Program-made: the position numbers and the translations under genes
The notes under the pieces: model-generated
The model's input: the letters and a program-made list of their open reading frames with translations, nothing else
What the model was told of the DNA's origin: nothing
The model's database searches: none
Shown: piece after piece, positions 45,116 through 60,600 of the stretch
How positions within the stretch are numbered: the first letter of the stretch is position 1
Layout: every line of letters starts with the position of its first letter
Assembly: GCA_964016885.1 (NCBI GenBank)
Contig: OZ024742.1
Location: 137,950,001-138,014,000 of the forward strand
Direction of reading: 5' to 3'
Length of the DNA: 64,000 nucleotides
DNA from: Eledone cirrhosa
Taxonomy: Eukaryota

Positions 45116-45757
45116 AAAGCATGTATTGAGTTAGAAAGTCAAAATAGTCTCATTACAGTAAATTAGCTCTAAGATAAGAGCTTTCCGAGTCGTATATTAT
45201 AACTGTACAAAAAAGAAAAACGAACACAGACATTTATGCATATGTGTTCAAATCGTAATGGACCAGAATCGCTAAGTTGAAAAAATACTAACTACAGGCA
45301 ATATAGTTTGCCAAACTCAATTTAAGAATAAATCAAGAAAAATAAATATAAACCATAATTGTGGTAACAACAAAACACCCGGACAGTTTTGATAAAAACT
45401 GTTTTGCAATATTATTTGTGAAAAGGAATTTCCAAAGTCCTAAGCTCATCAGCGGGTGAAGAAATTAGTAACCTTATCACTTCTAAATCTAATTAGAAAC
45501 TGGATAATGTGTGTATATATGACGCATATGGTTCCCAAACTTAGCGTGTCTTGCAGACTCTCGAAACTGAAAATAGCAGCCGAGTTTACTAGACAATTGA
45601 ATTAATGGAGCCGAATATATCAAAGTATGTATTGAGTTAGAAACTCAAAATAGCCTCATTACAACTTAGGACTTTGGTAATTCCTTTTCACAAATAATAT
45701 TGCGAAACAGTTTTTATCAAAAATGTCCGGGCGTTTGGTTGTTACCACAATTATGGT
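45116..45757 (-). mobile_element. Family J: terminally redundant monomer of about 506 bp with an HHR (45376-45458 minus) and an inverted arm (45665-45757)
   Basis: Direct repeat 45116-45158 / 45622-45663. Minus strand CACCCG-CTGATGA-GC..GC-AAAA-CAGTTTTT atc AAAACTGTC-CGGGTG; the inverted arm retains GCGAAAC. Confidence 0.8.
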
Positions 45758-45759
45758 GG

Positions 45760-46010
45760 TAAATAAATAACCGAACTTTTCAAGGGGTACTTCCTTACAT
45801 GGGAATATTGTAGTTGTCGTACCCTTTAACAGTTCGGCTATTTATTTATCAGACTAAAAAAAATCTTACTTTAGTCCAGAAATAGCCGTCGAAACGGCTT
45901 GAGCTCTGCCGTCGGGGTCATACTTTCTCCTGTTACCCACTCTACTACCCTAAAGATTGAGTACTCTGGTGATTTATGGTCCATCTGGTTTCTTACCACA
46001 ACTCCTTCGT

Positions 46011-46011
<1 letters not shown>
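45760..46011 (+). mobile_element. Family A, longest copy, showing the complete (decayed) HHR
   Basis: ACCC-tttaaca (the inverted arm reads ACCCC-TTGAAAA)-CGGCTATTT..AAATAGCCG-tc-GAAACGGC..GCCGTC-GGGGT. Confidence 0.7.
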
Positions 46012-46041
<30 letters not shown>

Positions 46042-46222
46042 TTTTTTTTAAATTAGAATCTTAGTGGTACTTTTTAATACAGAATATATTCCAATAATAA
46101 CAACAGAACGTATAAGCCCCTACAACGGAAAAAAGTAAACGGTGAAATCACAATTCCAATTCAATTTAGAAAATTACACCACCGCTTTCTAATCACGTGA
46201 TGTTTATAAATAAGTAAATATA

Positions 46223-46267
<45 letters not shown>

Positions 46268-46423
46268 GAGGGGGGAGTGACATTTCGACAGTTCTTTATC
46301 TATCTAACTGAATTTCTGTTTGTGTACATCATGCTTATATTTCAGAAACATTTTTAGATTCAACATCCGTCCACTAGCAGTGCTAACTGATATTGGACAG
46401 TCCTTGCTGCAGTTAAAAAACAT

Positions 46424-46581
46424 TCCAATCTGATGACTGAAAGCAAATTTTGTTTACTTTCAAGAAACCACTGGTAAATGAAATAATTATCTTATGTTGT
46501 TTATTACATAACTAATAAGCTCTGTAACCTACATAGAGCACTCATTTTTCCTGGACCTTTCCTACGGAATTACTTCATTCC

Positions 46582-46583
<2 letters not shown>
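46424..46583 (+). mobile_element. Family F-related 3' end with an HHR core and a different stem II
   Basis: CTGATGA at 46430, TGAAAG..CTTTCA, then GAAACCACTGGTAAATGAAATAATTATCTTATG identical to 18439 onward. Confidence 0.7.
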
Positions 46584-46612
<29 letters not shown>

Positions 46613-46913
46613 CAAATTATAAATGTGAGGTAATAATAAACAAAAATATACTTGTATTTTCTTCAAAGTCCCGACTGCAGTTTCACCAACTGGTTTACAG
46701 CAGCCATGAAACAGAAATGTGCACCATCCCTGTGAAGCTAAAGGCTTATCAAGAGACCCCCTCAATTTAGTGGACTATTACTTGTCCCGACCGTTACAAA
46801 TGAATACTTAGCGGGAAATTATCAGGTGATATAGTGGTCACAGAAGGGAAGGAAATGTCAGACACATAGCAAGTAACAAGTTTGCTAAAAAGAATAAAAT
46901 GGTCAGCACTCGC

Positions 46914-46971
<58 letters not shown>

Positions 46972-47142
46972 TGTTATACTTGGGGAGGGTCATATTGTTG
47001 TAATAATATTGCCAGAAATTATAACAGAACACACTCACTGTTTGGTTGGTTTTTGCTTCTGCATCTTTTATATCTCCATATTTGGCAACCAATGCTTATC
47101 GCGACTGACCATCGGTTAAATATACAGATATATATATATATA

Positions 47143-48450
47143 TAGTCTAACAATGTTCTTTCGTTGCACATCTGCAACATCATCAGTGGTACTATTATCA
47201 TGTTTGGTGTGTATGTGTTTTGGTTTTTGTATTCTATCTTTGTTTACTAGTGAGCGTTTATATGTGTGTGTTGTTATTGTACTTGTGTATTTATTTATTT
47301 ATTTATTTATATTTCTTTTAAGTCAGTATTGTTTGTTTGGGTATGGTTGTTGTTGTTATTCCATTCGATTTTTCTGTTTAATTTTGGTTTTCTAAGCTCT
47401 ATTTCGCTCGCTTCTCTGATTTGCCTACTCGTTGGATCATTTCTATATTTAGATATTATTTTAATTTCTATGTTGTCTATGTTACAGTCATGTCTTCGTC
47501 TGGCGTGTTAGTATTGCACTGAAACGTTTTTTTTTTTGTCCATTTAATTCCCCCCAGTGTTGGTCTATTATTTCTCCTATGCTTCGAGCTGTCTCACCTA
47601 TGTATGTCGTTGTCATGTTTCTGCAAGTACCCTCTGTACATCTTATACTAAAGAATACATTTCTAGTTTTACAGTTTATCTTGGAGTTCACTTTACATAT
47701 AACACATTTCTTATTAGTACAGTGGGTTTTCTTAAAGGGGTATGTTTGGCTGATCAGGAATGTTATGGTAGTTCCTGGCTTTTCTACCACTTTAACCTAT
47801 AAATGGGTCTTTCTTAGGGCCTTTCTACATTGGTTAGCATATTTCTCCCCAGGAGTAGCATCCATGAACATGACACTCTGGTATCTCTGGTTGTCGTACC
47901 TTGAAGTGGCTTTCCCTATCTTATGTTTAGTCCTATCGAAGCTATTCCATAATTTGCTCCTGTATAATGGGCAAATTCCTTTCATGTCCATTTGTATGAG
48001 GGTCTTATACTTCGCCGTGGCTCCTTCGTATACTCTGATTCTGTCTCTTTGGTTGTAGCCAGAGAACTGGATTCGGTTGATGAAATGTTGGATATGTCTT
48101 TCCATTTCTGTTGGGTCGCACATGTGGGACACGTTCTTTCTCACTCCTACCAAGTCTGCGATCAGAATATTAAACTTAGCACTACTGGACATTGCATGGG
48201 TTTAGCATAGTGTGAGTGGAGAATTTGGGCCTCTCTTCTATAGTGTCAATCCAGAGTTTCGTGTCTAATACAGGTAGTCTATTGTTATGGTGTTTGGAAA
48301 GGTAGTCAACAGTTACCGGTATACTCAGGTGTATAGAGTTAGATATCTGCTGGATGCTTTCCATTGTGTTACGTTCTAAATAATGTACATTAGTACCCTC
48401 TTGAGGGAGTGTTCTTATTACTATATTAATATCGTCTAGGTATCGTCTAT
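47143..48450 (-). mobile_element. Penelope-like element (Neptune-like), 5'-truncated: RT C-terminus, Zn-finger linker, GIY-YIG and 3' HHR-like motif
   Basis: RYLDDI..LPVLDTKLW; CTNKKCVIC..NCKTRNVFFSIRC..YIGETARSI..H. The minus strand at 47143-47193 reads CTGATGA-tGTTGCA gatg TGCAAC-GAAA with a degenerate stem III. Confidence 0.85.
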
Positions 48451-48483
48451 ACATATATAAATATATACATGTGTATATATATA

Positions 48484-48783
<300 letters not shown>

Positions 48784-49346
48784 AATTATTATATCTACCA
48801 ACATATGTATACGGATGCATACCTATGCTAACAAATATATATGTTTTGTCTTAGTAACTTTGTGGTTCTATGCAAGGGGATGCAGAACAATTATATGAAA
48901 GACGTAAACAAGGAAATTATTAAAATCGACTTACTTACTAAAATTTCACTCCAACTAATTAGTAAGGGAATAAATATCGTTACGGAACGTACCCACAGAG
49001 AAACCTTACGTCATCAGGGAGTCTATTCTCAGCTAAGCTTCCAGGCAATGCGAGGACACTGGGAACTCATATAAAAATAATTCAGTGGATGGAAAAAAGC
49101 GAGCGGGGACTAAATTCCAAGACATTGAAACAATTCACTACCTACTTGGTCAGTGGCATTCCACTCCTCACCGATTAACCTCAGTGTCACGTGATTGATT
49201 CTTTTGAATTTGCCACTGACCAAGTAGGCAGTGAATTTTTTCAATGTCTTGGAATTTAGTTCCCGCTCGCTTTTTTCCATCCACTGAATTATTTTTATAT
49301 AAGTTCCCAGTGTCCTCGCATTGCCTGGAAGCTTAGCTGAGTATAG

Positions 49347-49427
49347 ACTCTCTGATGACGTAAGGTTTCTCTGTGGGTACGTTCCGTAACCATATTTATT
49401 CCCTTACAGAAACTAATTAGTTGGAGT
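49347..49427 (+). ncRNA. Type I hammerhead ribozyme (family G, unit 1)
   Basis: ACTCT-CTGATGA-cGTAAGG..CCTTACa-GAAAC-TAATTA-GTT-GGAGT. Confidence 0.85.
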
Positions 49428-49869
49428 GAAATTTTAGTAAGTCGATTTTCATAATTTCCTTATTTACGTCTTTCATATAATTGTTCTGCATCCCATTGCA
49501 TAGAACCACAAAGTTACTAAGACAAAACATATATATTTGCTAGCATAGGTATGCATCTGTATATATATATGTTGGTAGATATACTAATTCTTGATAATTT
49601 CCCCAAATTATTTGTTGAGCAAAACCTGCCGAAATTACTACTATGGTTCATGGTAGTGGCTAGGCCCTTATCTTATAAGCACTCCACTCCTCACTGATTA
49701 ACCTCAGTGTCACGTGATTGGTTCTTTTGAATTTGCCACTGACCAAGTAGGCAGTGAATGTTTTCAATGTCTTGGAATTTAGTCCCCGCTCGCTTTTTTC
49801 CATCCACTGAATTATTTTTATATAAGTTCCCAGTGTCCTCGCATTGCCTGGAAGTTTAGCTGAGAATAG

Positions 49870-49950
49870 ACTCCCTGATGACGTAAGGTTTCTCTGTGGG
49901 TACGTTCCGTAACCATATTTATTCCCTAACAGAAACTAATTAGTTGGAGT
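49870..49950 (+). ncRNA. Type I hammerhead ribozyme (family G, unit 2)
   Basis: ACTCC-CTGATGA-cGTAAGG..CCTAACa-GAAAC-TAATTA-GTT-GGAGT. Confidence 0.82.
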
Positions 49951-49997
49951 GAAATTTTAGTAAGTAAGTCTATTTTCATAACTTTCTTCTTTACGTC

Positions 49998-50086
<89 letters not shown>

Positions 50087-50615
50087 GAAGAATCCGATTG
50101 TACACAAAATGTATGTCCTGTTTAGTTGAGAAATGTGCATCATTGTAAGTTTGTTTTATTTTAGGTATGAATATGATAATGTGTAGTTTTTAATATGCAT
50201 GAATATTGGAAAGGGGATTGTGTACATACAATAACAATAACGACCCCATACTGCAAATTATTCTATCGGTACACACGTATACGAGGACATAGTTACTTAA
50301 CTTCTAACCTATTTACGTATATATATATATATATATATACGTATATAGGTTTGTAACTATATATATATACATATTTATCTCCCCATCCCGCCTCTCTCTC
50401 TCACTTAGTCTCTTTCTCCCTCTCTCTCTCTATATATATATATATGTGTGTACATACTTACATTAATATGTGTGCATATGTCTATATGCATATTCATATG
50501 CATATATACATAAATATACATATATAAATGCACGTGTGTGGCATGAAGAGTTAGGGAAAGAAAGGGAAAATATGTTTATATATGCCATCAGTTACCCATA
50601 TATTCATATATATCC

Positions 50616-50649
<34 letters not shown>

Positions 50650-50771
50650 CATACATATATGTGTGTATATATATATATACATATATGTGTGTGTATATAT
50701 ATATATATATATTCATTTATATATATGTGTATATATATAATAATATATATATATATACCTACATATACACA

Positions 50772-50867
<96 letters not shown>

Positions 50868-50901
50868 ACATATACATATATACATATATATATTTTATAT
50901 A

Positions 50902-50950
<49 letters not shown>

Positions 50951-51381
50951 ACATATATCTTTCTTTGCTTATTCAATTCTGTGATGTTTTAGGCGGTTGC
51001 TTCATTACTGATAACCTAAATATCTTTTTGTATACAGTAATTAAGGAATGGTTCCATTTGAATATGGCACAACAAACAGATGATGCCATCTTAAATTAGC
51101 CATCTACCACACTGTTGTGAATCTCTTAAATGAACACGCACACACATTTATATTGACACCCAGTACACATATTGACTCACATTTATACTCATTTTGATTC
51201 AAATATGTGTAAATGTGATCATCGAATACATACATGTACGTGTATGTATATAAGTGTGGATGCACGTATGTATATATGTATGTGAGTTTAATATGTGTAT
51301 GTAAGTATGTTTGTATTGGTGCACACACACACATACACACACGCACACCCATGCACACACGCACAGTCACCCACCCACCAC

Positions 51382-51460
<79 letters not shown>

Positions 51461-52762
51461 CAAACACACACGCACGCACACATATAGATATATCTCTGTA
51501 TGTGCTTGAAAAAAGTCATTGGTGCAGTAAAATACATTTCAAAAACATTAGGGATGTCTTATTAATTATTTGTATTCTTTAATGAACAACTGTTTTACAG
51601 TCACACTTATAATTGTTCAAGCACACACACAAGAACACACATACATACATATATATTTGTGTGTGTGTGTGTGTGTGTGAGTGTGTGTTTATAAACGTGC
51701 TGTAACAGGAGAAATATACTCAATACGTATCCTATAGTTCATTTAGGTCTCATGATGCACTCCTAGATACTGCAATATTCTCGTTGATTCTGATATTTCC
51801 CGCAACATAAACATGCATAGCTTGGTGCAGGAGTTCCTAATACACGAATGGCACCCATATAGTTTTTACACTGTGTCTCTGTGTAGACATTATCTCTAGA
51901 CGGTTCTTCACTACAAAGCTTGACATTCCCCAACTCTGCCCATATGCATTTGAAAGGAATAAAATGGAGTCGAAAGGAACTGCATCTCGCCTTCATTCGA
52001 TGATTAGTGTTTCACATATTGGTGTATAGGAACATTCTAGGCATGACATTAACATGCAGATGGCTGAACATTACACAGACACGTTTGCTTCTAACGTATA
52101 TTTCAGCGAGAGTCAGCATGTACCTGTAAGACAAAGCTAAAACATAAAATTGCAGAAGCTCATGCCCTACATAAAAGGAACAAAATGGTTTTCGCTTTGT
52201 ATTAGTGAGAAATATAGGATATTACACGTTTCTGTCTTCTACCAAATAACTGAACAGTAAACCGGAGATGTTCAGAAAATGCTCACACATGAACACTCAC
52301 CAGCTTGAGTTTCGGCTAGTAATATCATAAACCAACAGGATCCGTATTGTTACATACAAAGGTATATATAAATATACTAGGTTTAGCAAACAAACCTTAA
52401 TATAATAACAATACGCTTAATAAGCAATATTACTGTAGTGTTACACACCTACAGCCACCACAAGAAACTGCACACCAGGATACCTATGGATGCGTACAAA
52501 CACACACATATATATACTACGTCTCACATACACCCTTATATAATAATGTGCTGAATTACAAATAACAGAAATTTAAGAGACTTAGGGATTTCGCCCTCGC
52601 ATCGAACAAGAACTCATGTAGATAACGTGAGCCATCTTTATTTTATAGTTACCTGAAGGTAAACCACGCAAGTGGGATAGCTACTACATTATCTAAGCCA
52701 CATACGAGATTACAGACCAAAGGTAGCAACGAAAACGTGTTGGAGATAACTATACTATAATA

Positions 52763-52921
<159 letters not shown>

Positions 52922-54739
52922 ATTGACGCGTCGCACATTATTGTACAAAAAATCCTCTAATGTTTTGTTCACACTATGGATATTGGAGTTCAAATATCTT
53001 TCAGTCTTCCATTCTAAGGATAGGTTAATTTATTTGATATCCTTCTCTTCCAGAGAACAGATCACCAGGGATGTGTTGCTTTTCTTGTTGTTTGTCCACA
53101 AATCAACCTTCAAAGCATGGACTTATGTGCACAGATATTCCCGTCGTTTTGTTTGTCAGTGTCTAAACTATCAAATGAATCCTCTATTTTACGTCAAAGA
53201 AAATTGTGTAATATTTTTTGTAATTACCTCTGAATATCTCTCCCGATGGTTGGTTTTTAGTGAATGTAATGTAACTATTACATTCGGTGTTCTTATGTTA
53301 GAACTAGTGGTGGTCTTTTATGCTACCACTAGGGTTGCTGTTATGCAGGCTACCTCCGATTCTTTACTATTATTAGTGATGCTTTCAGCGATACTTTTCT
53401 TATTTTTCCGGAGGTCCATTGTCATGTCTAACCTGAATTCACCTTCATACTATGGGCTTAAAAACTACACTTGTTCTGTTGTGTCTGTGTCAATCCTGCT
53501 AGTGTCATTATTGTTGTGGAATTATGTCGATATCACATTTGTTACAATTTTTCATGTTTCAGCTGATGGTCGAATGTTGTTTTTTTTTCACATGTTGTTT
53601 GAGCTGATGGTGACTACTGGCTAAATACTTTATGATGTTATTGGTTACGTTGCACTTCCTGGTGGACGGTTAATTATACTTTTGCTGTTTAATCGCCGGT
53701 CATTTCTCATCGAACAGCTCCTTTATTAATGGCGTACTAGATGTTACATATATACAGCAAGTATACGTTGTTCAATGTATACTTGTTTATTTAAGTGTTG
53801 TGATTTCAAACTGAACTTACTACTGTTTGTCATATATATTCCTAAAACATTCACGTTTGGTACTTTCTCTCTCACTCACTTTCTCAGATTATTTCTTTCT
53901 CCCCTTCTCTTTCTCTATCTATTTCTATGCATCTCCCTCCTTTCTCTCTCTCTCTCTCTGTCTCTCTCTGTAATCTATTCTCGTAACCGTGGCCCATTAT
54001 GGACGTCGTTGGCTTTAGGGTTTTGAGAGATCTTAGTCGAAATAGACCTAATAAATTAGACAACATATCCCAGACACTGATGAGTAAAAGCTCAACAGGA
54101 AGAAATTGTCTTCTCAATTGGTAAAAAGACTGCATTATATCCCGTGAACAGAGAAATGAAAAGAACCTTTACGTATAGTCGCTAAATTTCCCTGGAAATA
54201 GAAGATTAATAGCAGACACATAACTGAGACGAAATTGCGAGAACACAAAATGAAATGGGAGATGTGCTTGATACATTCATCTCAGTAGTTGCAGTCGTTG
54301 AAATGAATGCCAAAATAATGACCCATTGAAAAACAAATCACCAGCCATTTTAACGATTGCTGTCGGTGCGTTTATCATGTAAGCAATTTGTGTACCCTAG
54401 ACACATCTCATGTGTCCTCTCGACCCATTTTCGCATTACTGCTGGAGGCTCTTCCTAAACTCAACCATTTTACATAGTGTGATGGTGAGGTTTATCGTAG
54501 CACTAGCACTGGAGAGTTTGTCGATCTTAAGATCGACGGAAGGATTCTCTTTACATTGCGGGCGGTTTGTAGGTTGGGAAACCGATGTGAAAATATTATA
54601 AATATATCATGAGAGTTTGTGGTGGTGGAGACATTTTCGATATCATGAGTGCATGAAGGATTTGTGGCGTTCAAAGTGTGGTATGAAGTAGATAAGGCCT
54701 GAGAAAGAATATCTCTGTAATACAACGGTAGTGGCCTTT

Positions 54740-55720
54740 AAAATGGTGATGGTGAGGATAGTTACTAAGCAACGAGGATGGATGATTGGTCAAATCAGAT
54801 TGTCATGCTGGCCGGTGGTCCATTCTCATCTCTGTTGAGTGAGATTCTGCCTTCAGTACCCCCATCGCAGTTTTTCACTTGCCTCTTCATTGGATTCCTT
54901 TCATGTAGGGTTCTGGTTTCGGCTCGCCCATGATACGCCAATCATGCACTTTAACACTAATAATTGTTTCTACTTTAGGCACAAGGCCAGCAATTACCCA
55001 GTGCATTACTGGTACTTTATTTTATCGACCCCGTAAGGATGAAAGGCAAAGTCAACCTCGGCGGGATTTGAACTCAGATCGTAAAGGGACGTAACTATGC
55101 TGGAAAGCATGGTGTCCGACCCTCTACCGATACTGCCAATCCACGTTTGCTTCACTTCTTTGTAGTTTTTTCTATGGTCTTCTGCAGTCGAGACCCACAT
55201 CTCCCTGATATGTATCATTGGTGTTTTTTTGCAATGGTCAATCTGAGAGAGAAGTCCTTTGTTTTCAGTAGAAGTACTAGCTCTTTAAACATCTCCCAGT
55301 CTAGTAGGCTTATTCAGGCTACTACACATTCAATACATTTTCCGCCTCTGCTATTTAGATGCTCTATGTATCAAAACCTGTCACCAAATTTTAATGAATC
55401 ATCCGAGTAATTGAAACAATCCGTTTTGTTTTATTTTACTGTTTTCTCATCCTGTGCGTCTGACGTACACAGAATCTATCTTCACTGTTAACTTTCTTTC
55501 ACTCCGATTACATCACTTGTGCGTCCATATATCTCCCAGTGTGTATTATGGAATTTCTCTTCCCACATTTTGCACATATCGAAGAAGGGCACTTGCCTGA
55601 TAGTGTCAGCTTCCAGCCTTCCGCCATGCTGATACGTGTACTCTGTATTACCTGTTCCGGTTCCCAGCGTTCTGATTTCAAATTTCGCGACATGTCCCCT
55701 CTTAACTCGATATGTGAGGA
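54740..55720 (-). mobile_element. Decayed RTE-like LINE 3' fragment interrupted by a SINE
   Basis: Minus-strand remnants resembling the post-RT region (FQLLG, EMWVSTAEDHRK, MIGVSWASRN, LRW); heavily mutated. Confidence 0.5.
54961..55142 (-). mobile_element. Full-length tRNA-derived SINE
   Basis: Reverse complement of the 6089-6278 family, well conserved. Confidence 0.88.
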
Positions 55721-55793
55721 GATGTATATCTAAATACAATATAGTTGCCTAGGGTTCATCCTAGATGTCCCGAAAACGCTTGGATAGAAGATA

Positions 55794-55829
<36 letters not shown>

Positions 55830-57019
55830 TGTATGTATGTATGTATGTATGTATGTTCTTCTGGTTTTATAATTTCAAAAATTGTTGCCAATAGAGAGAG
55901 AGTTGGTTTCTAACATAGACACAAGACTCTCTCATTGGAATGTACACAACATCAACTAGATAGATATGTCTGCATCGTCTGCATTCATGCACGTGTAGGT
56001 GTGGATGTTATTGTATGTGTGGATGTGTATGTTTTGAATTGTATGTGTTCATGTCGTATTTTCAGTTGTATGTGTATGTTTTTAGTTGTATGTGTGCTTT
56101 GTATCTGTACATGTGTATATGCAGTTATTAGATGCAACATTTTTGGAATGTTTTACATATTTTTACTGTTATATTAATGGATTGTACTTGTAATTTCCTA
56201 ACTAGTTGTGTTATGTAAGTATATATGTATACATATGCACACTCATTCGGTCGCAGTAATTGACTAGCAATTTATAATTTAGACGATGGACACTTACGGC
56301 AAATTATACAGGTAAAAAATGAAATCAACGTGTAAATTGTATTTAATTTCTACAATTACTGACACAGTAAATAATAATAATTTCTTAATTAACCACACGG
56401 TTGATATGAAGAAAACATTAAAGACGGCACAGGTCAGCACAGATCAATAACAAGGTGAGATATTTTCGTATGTAAAGTGATAAAAGAAAACAAAACATTC
56501 AAGAAATTTAAAGTAAATACTGCATTATGAGCCACATCCTAGGCCCACCCGGGACGAAAACTTGCAAAACGCCACGGTCAGCCTGACCGCTAGAACAAGT
56601 GCCTCATCTCAATTTTCCTCCTGTAAACATGAGAGTACTCAGAGCAGGCCGGTTCCCTCAGACCATGCATGCTACTCTAATTCATATTTCAACAAACCCT
56701 TAAGCACGTCCACCACATGATCTAGTTCACCATTGTTGCCAGGCTTAGAAAAACAGCTTGTCCTTCCCTACTAAAGAATGTATGGTGAGCTATATTCATG
56801 ATGGTCTCAGTTCGGATCCATCCTATACATGAAAGTAGGTGTTCGATATAAACCAACAACAAAGCAATGCTCGGCCACACTCACCTAGTTTCTTTCTTTG
56901 CTTGACCCAATACATCAAGGATATCTTTCGTGGGAAGACGTGTCTCAGGAAAGGCCACTTATCCGATTCGTCTATTTTTGAGGTGAGTGGAAATTTGATT
57001 AAACGAACAGCGTACGTGA

Positions 57020-57290
57020 CTTGCAAAGTTAGCCTTGATGGTGTTCGAACTCAGAAAGTAAAGATTAGAAACAAATACCGCAAACTTATTCTTCGACGAT
57101 GCAGCGGTTCTACTATTCTTAATTATGGTTTCTAATTTAGGCATAAAGCCAGTAATCTGCGAAATATGAGAGCCGATTATTTTTGTCTCAGTTTTATGCT
57201 GGCACTATATTTTATTGTCCACTTAATGATAAAAACGAGGTTGACCTTGACGCAATTTGAACTGAGAACGGACCGACCGAGCTAAAACAT
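57020..57290 (-). mobile_element. Decayed SINE copies
   Basis: GCAAAGTTAGCCTTGATGGTGTTCGAACTCAGAA; TTTCTAATTTAGGCATAAAGCCAG..ATTTGAACTGAGAACG. Confidence 0.6.
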
Positions 57291-58153
57291 ATCCTATGCT
57301 CTAAGGGTTCGATCACTTCACTACCTGTTGGTGTTATTTATAGTATTATGTCAGTTTGTAAACCCGAAAACGTAGCTCACCATGATTAAAAGCAGTTAAC
57401 CACCAGTGCACTGGTTTTACGTCAAGAATATTAAAGCACATGACTACATTAGTTAGTATGATTTATTATAACGTCGTTTCCCTAATTTCCTCGTGATATT
57501 TCAGGTTTTCTGTTGCTGCTACTTTTGGAACTGCTATTACATCTACGGCTGTTGCAGTTGTCGCTGCTTATGTGGTTGGACTTCTACTGCCTTGTTTGGA
57601 CTACTGCTACCACTGCTGTTAATGCTACACCAGCTGCTACTGTATTCATTTTTTGTATAGTAACAGCCGATATGTTGTCTTCTCAATGCTGTTTCAACCA
57701 AACTTGGCCCTATTTCAGTGCCACACTTTTTTCCTTACGTAATCCTTTTCATATTATTTCTATTTCTCAACCAACTCATTTACACTCGCGGCTGCTACGC
57801 CTTGTTCTATCCTTGCTTCTCACCTGCTTCAAATCACTACATCTATATCGGAAACTCACTTCTCCCTACTCTCTTTATAGCCCTATCTATTATTCTCTCA
57901 TTTCATTACATATTTGTCACAGTCTCTGTCTTGCATATGGAGTACCGTATATCTCATTTACAATAACATTTTCACTCGTTCATCCTCGCAATATATATAT
58001 ATATATATATCATTTCTAACACCCCAATAAGTGAACCTGACATTACACACTTCTATTTATTCTTCCACCTTTAGCTCTTGTTTTACACAAACGAAATATA
58101 CATGGATTGTTATATATATATGTGTGTATGTGAGCGTGTGTATGAGAGCGTGT

Positions 58154-58204
<51 letters not shown>

Positions 58205-58310
58205 TGTGTGTGCGTGTAAATGTGAGCAGACTTGGTTCATATAGTCAACAGTTATTTATGATTATTCGTTAGTTCGTTATTATAAATATCTCCACAACAG
58301 TGAATATATA

Positions 58311-58413
<103 letters not shown>

Positions 58414-58962
58414 ATATATATATATATAAGTAGATAGATAGATAAGTAGATAGAGCAAACGCATATATATGTCTGTGCTTTTGTGTGCATGTGTGTTAGT
58501 ATGTATATTTGTAGTACTCAAAATGTATTCCTTCTTTTGTATGTTAAGTTTTAACCGAACATATTTCAATATATATACAAATAAAATGTTTCTTGATAAA
58601 CACGATCACACACGTAATAGTCACCTACACTTTCAAACATTCATCTATAGTCTACATACATGCCACAAACCTTCATACAAATAAAACAAAATTATACGCT
58701 ACAAATAGGTTAAATATATTATTCCTTCTGTTTCACCTAATATCCTTTCTATACATTTAACTGTCTTTAAATATTCCGATATGTATATATTTATAACTGA
58801 CAGTAACATGAAATACATGTGCCTCTCTTTTCTATTTCTGGTTTATATATATATATATATATGGCTGTACTTTTTGTATATACACTTTCGCACACGCACT
58901 GTCATATTTCGCTGTGCATACGTGTGCTGTGAATCTGTGTATGTATATACATAGGTTTGAAT

Positions 58963-58999
<37 letters not shown>

Positions 59000-59214
59000 G
59001 ATAGATAGATAGATAGATAGATATACATATATATATACATGTATATATGTACTTGCCTGAAGGTGCACATATATATTGTGTGCGAGGGCTATAAATACTA
59101 ACGTATATTTATAGATCCCTGAATATCTTTTTGAGTATGTATAATTTTGCATATGTGTATTTAGGTTTCGAGTTGTATATGTGTGTGTGGAAGTATGTAT
59201 ATATATATATATAT

Positions 59215-59270
59215 ACTGCCTGATGAGGTCATAGCTATTCAATGGCTATCATCGAAATATATATAGCAGT
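59215..59270 (+). ncRNA. Family I-type hammerhead ribozyme forming most of an element of about 100 bp (59215-59315)
   Basis: ACTGC-CTGATGA-ggtcATAGCTA ttcaa TGGCTATcatc-GAAAT-ATAT-ATA-GCAGT; (TA)n on both sides. Confidence 0.9.
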
Positions 59271-59311
59271 AAATAAAGGATTATGAGTTCATGCAATTGA
59301 CTTATGTTTCG

Positions 59312-59415
<104 letters not shown>

Positions 59416-60600
59416 ATGTTTACATATGTTGGAAGAAAATCAATATAGCTAACTGTCTTACAGGTCAATCAATAAGCAATCTACTTGTTTACATAACCAG
59501 CTCATCACGAACTTCCCATGTGAGTAGGAAGGTGCATGAAGTTTTAAATCAGGTGTGAAGGTAAACGGTGCTACTATGTATATGTATATATAAGCATGTA
59601 TGTAAGGGAAGTTAGAGGCATATGTTATATACCTTTTGTTAACAGGTTCATTCATACAGCATGTCTTTATTTTGAATAAACATTGTCTCAATTCTCTCTA
59701 ATATTGTGACTATAAATCACGATCTATTTTTGGTATTAATCTATTCGTGAGAGTGAACTAGATGGTAAGTACGTCAAAATATATGTGTAGCTCTGATATC
59801 TGTATCACAAATTACTCAGGTTACCTGGTTTTCAGTGGATATGATATGCTTAGGTCCTTCACAACTACAAGTGGACAACCACCAATTGAATGTTGATGAT
59901 AGACGCTTTAGTATTTTAGGGTGAAATTATACTCAAATAAGTGTATTTTGTAAATGGTGGTGGTCTTTAGATAACTTTTTCTATACAGCAAAAACTGAGA
60001 ATTTCAAATTTGTTTCTACATGCCAACATTCCATAAGATTAAACACAAATCTTTTAGTACGTCAACTGTTAATAATGTACTCATTCATATACCAATATAT
60101 TTCTGTAGAGAATTTCATTAGAGCGATATAATATAGTTATCAACTTATTGACTGTGGAGTTTCCAGTTTTGTATCGTCATTCGTAATGTAACGTGAAAGA
60201 CACGTAATTCTGAATAATTTGTTCAATGTTAACTTTCCTACGATGCACAAACGCTTAAAGGTTAATGGACAGGAAATGCTTTTTGATTAACAAATATGTT
60301 ATTATTATATTTTACTATGTTTGAATCTTCTGACTTTAAAGTTTAAAAAAATATGTTACCAAGTTGATTTCTTCTCCATTAATTGTACAATAGTGGGTTT
60401 TTTTGTGAGAATTCTACGTTACAATAGTGTTTCAAAATAGTTCCGCTAATTATTTCACAGTGAAGAAATAGTAAATATATTTTCATTGATGAATTCTAAC
60501 ACCTAACACTGTCTCTATTTCAGATATTTACACGTCTTGATATTAGTATATCATCAATCAAACATGATATTTTCTAAAGACACTATGTCCTTGAATATAT

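Noticed and set aside
51763-52130. Possible minus-strand host exon (acceptor-like TTGTCTTACAG) and Cys-rich 77-aa ORF
   Set aside because: All three frames stop soon after the acceptor, there is no recognisable domain, and no partner exons are evident.
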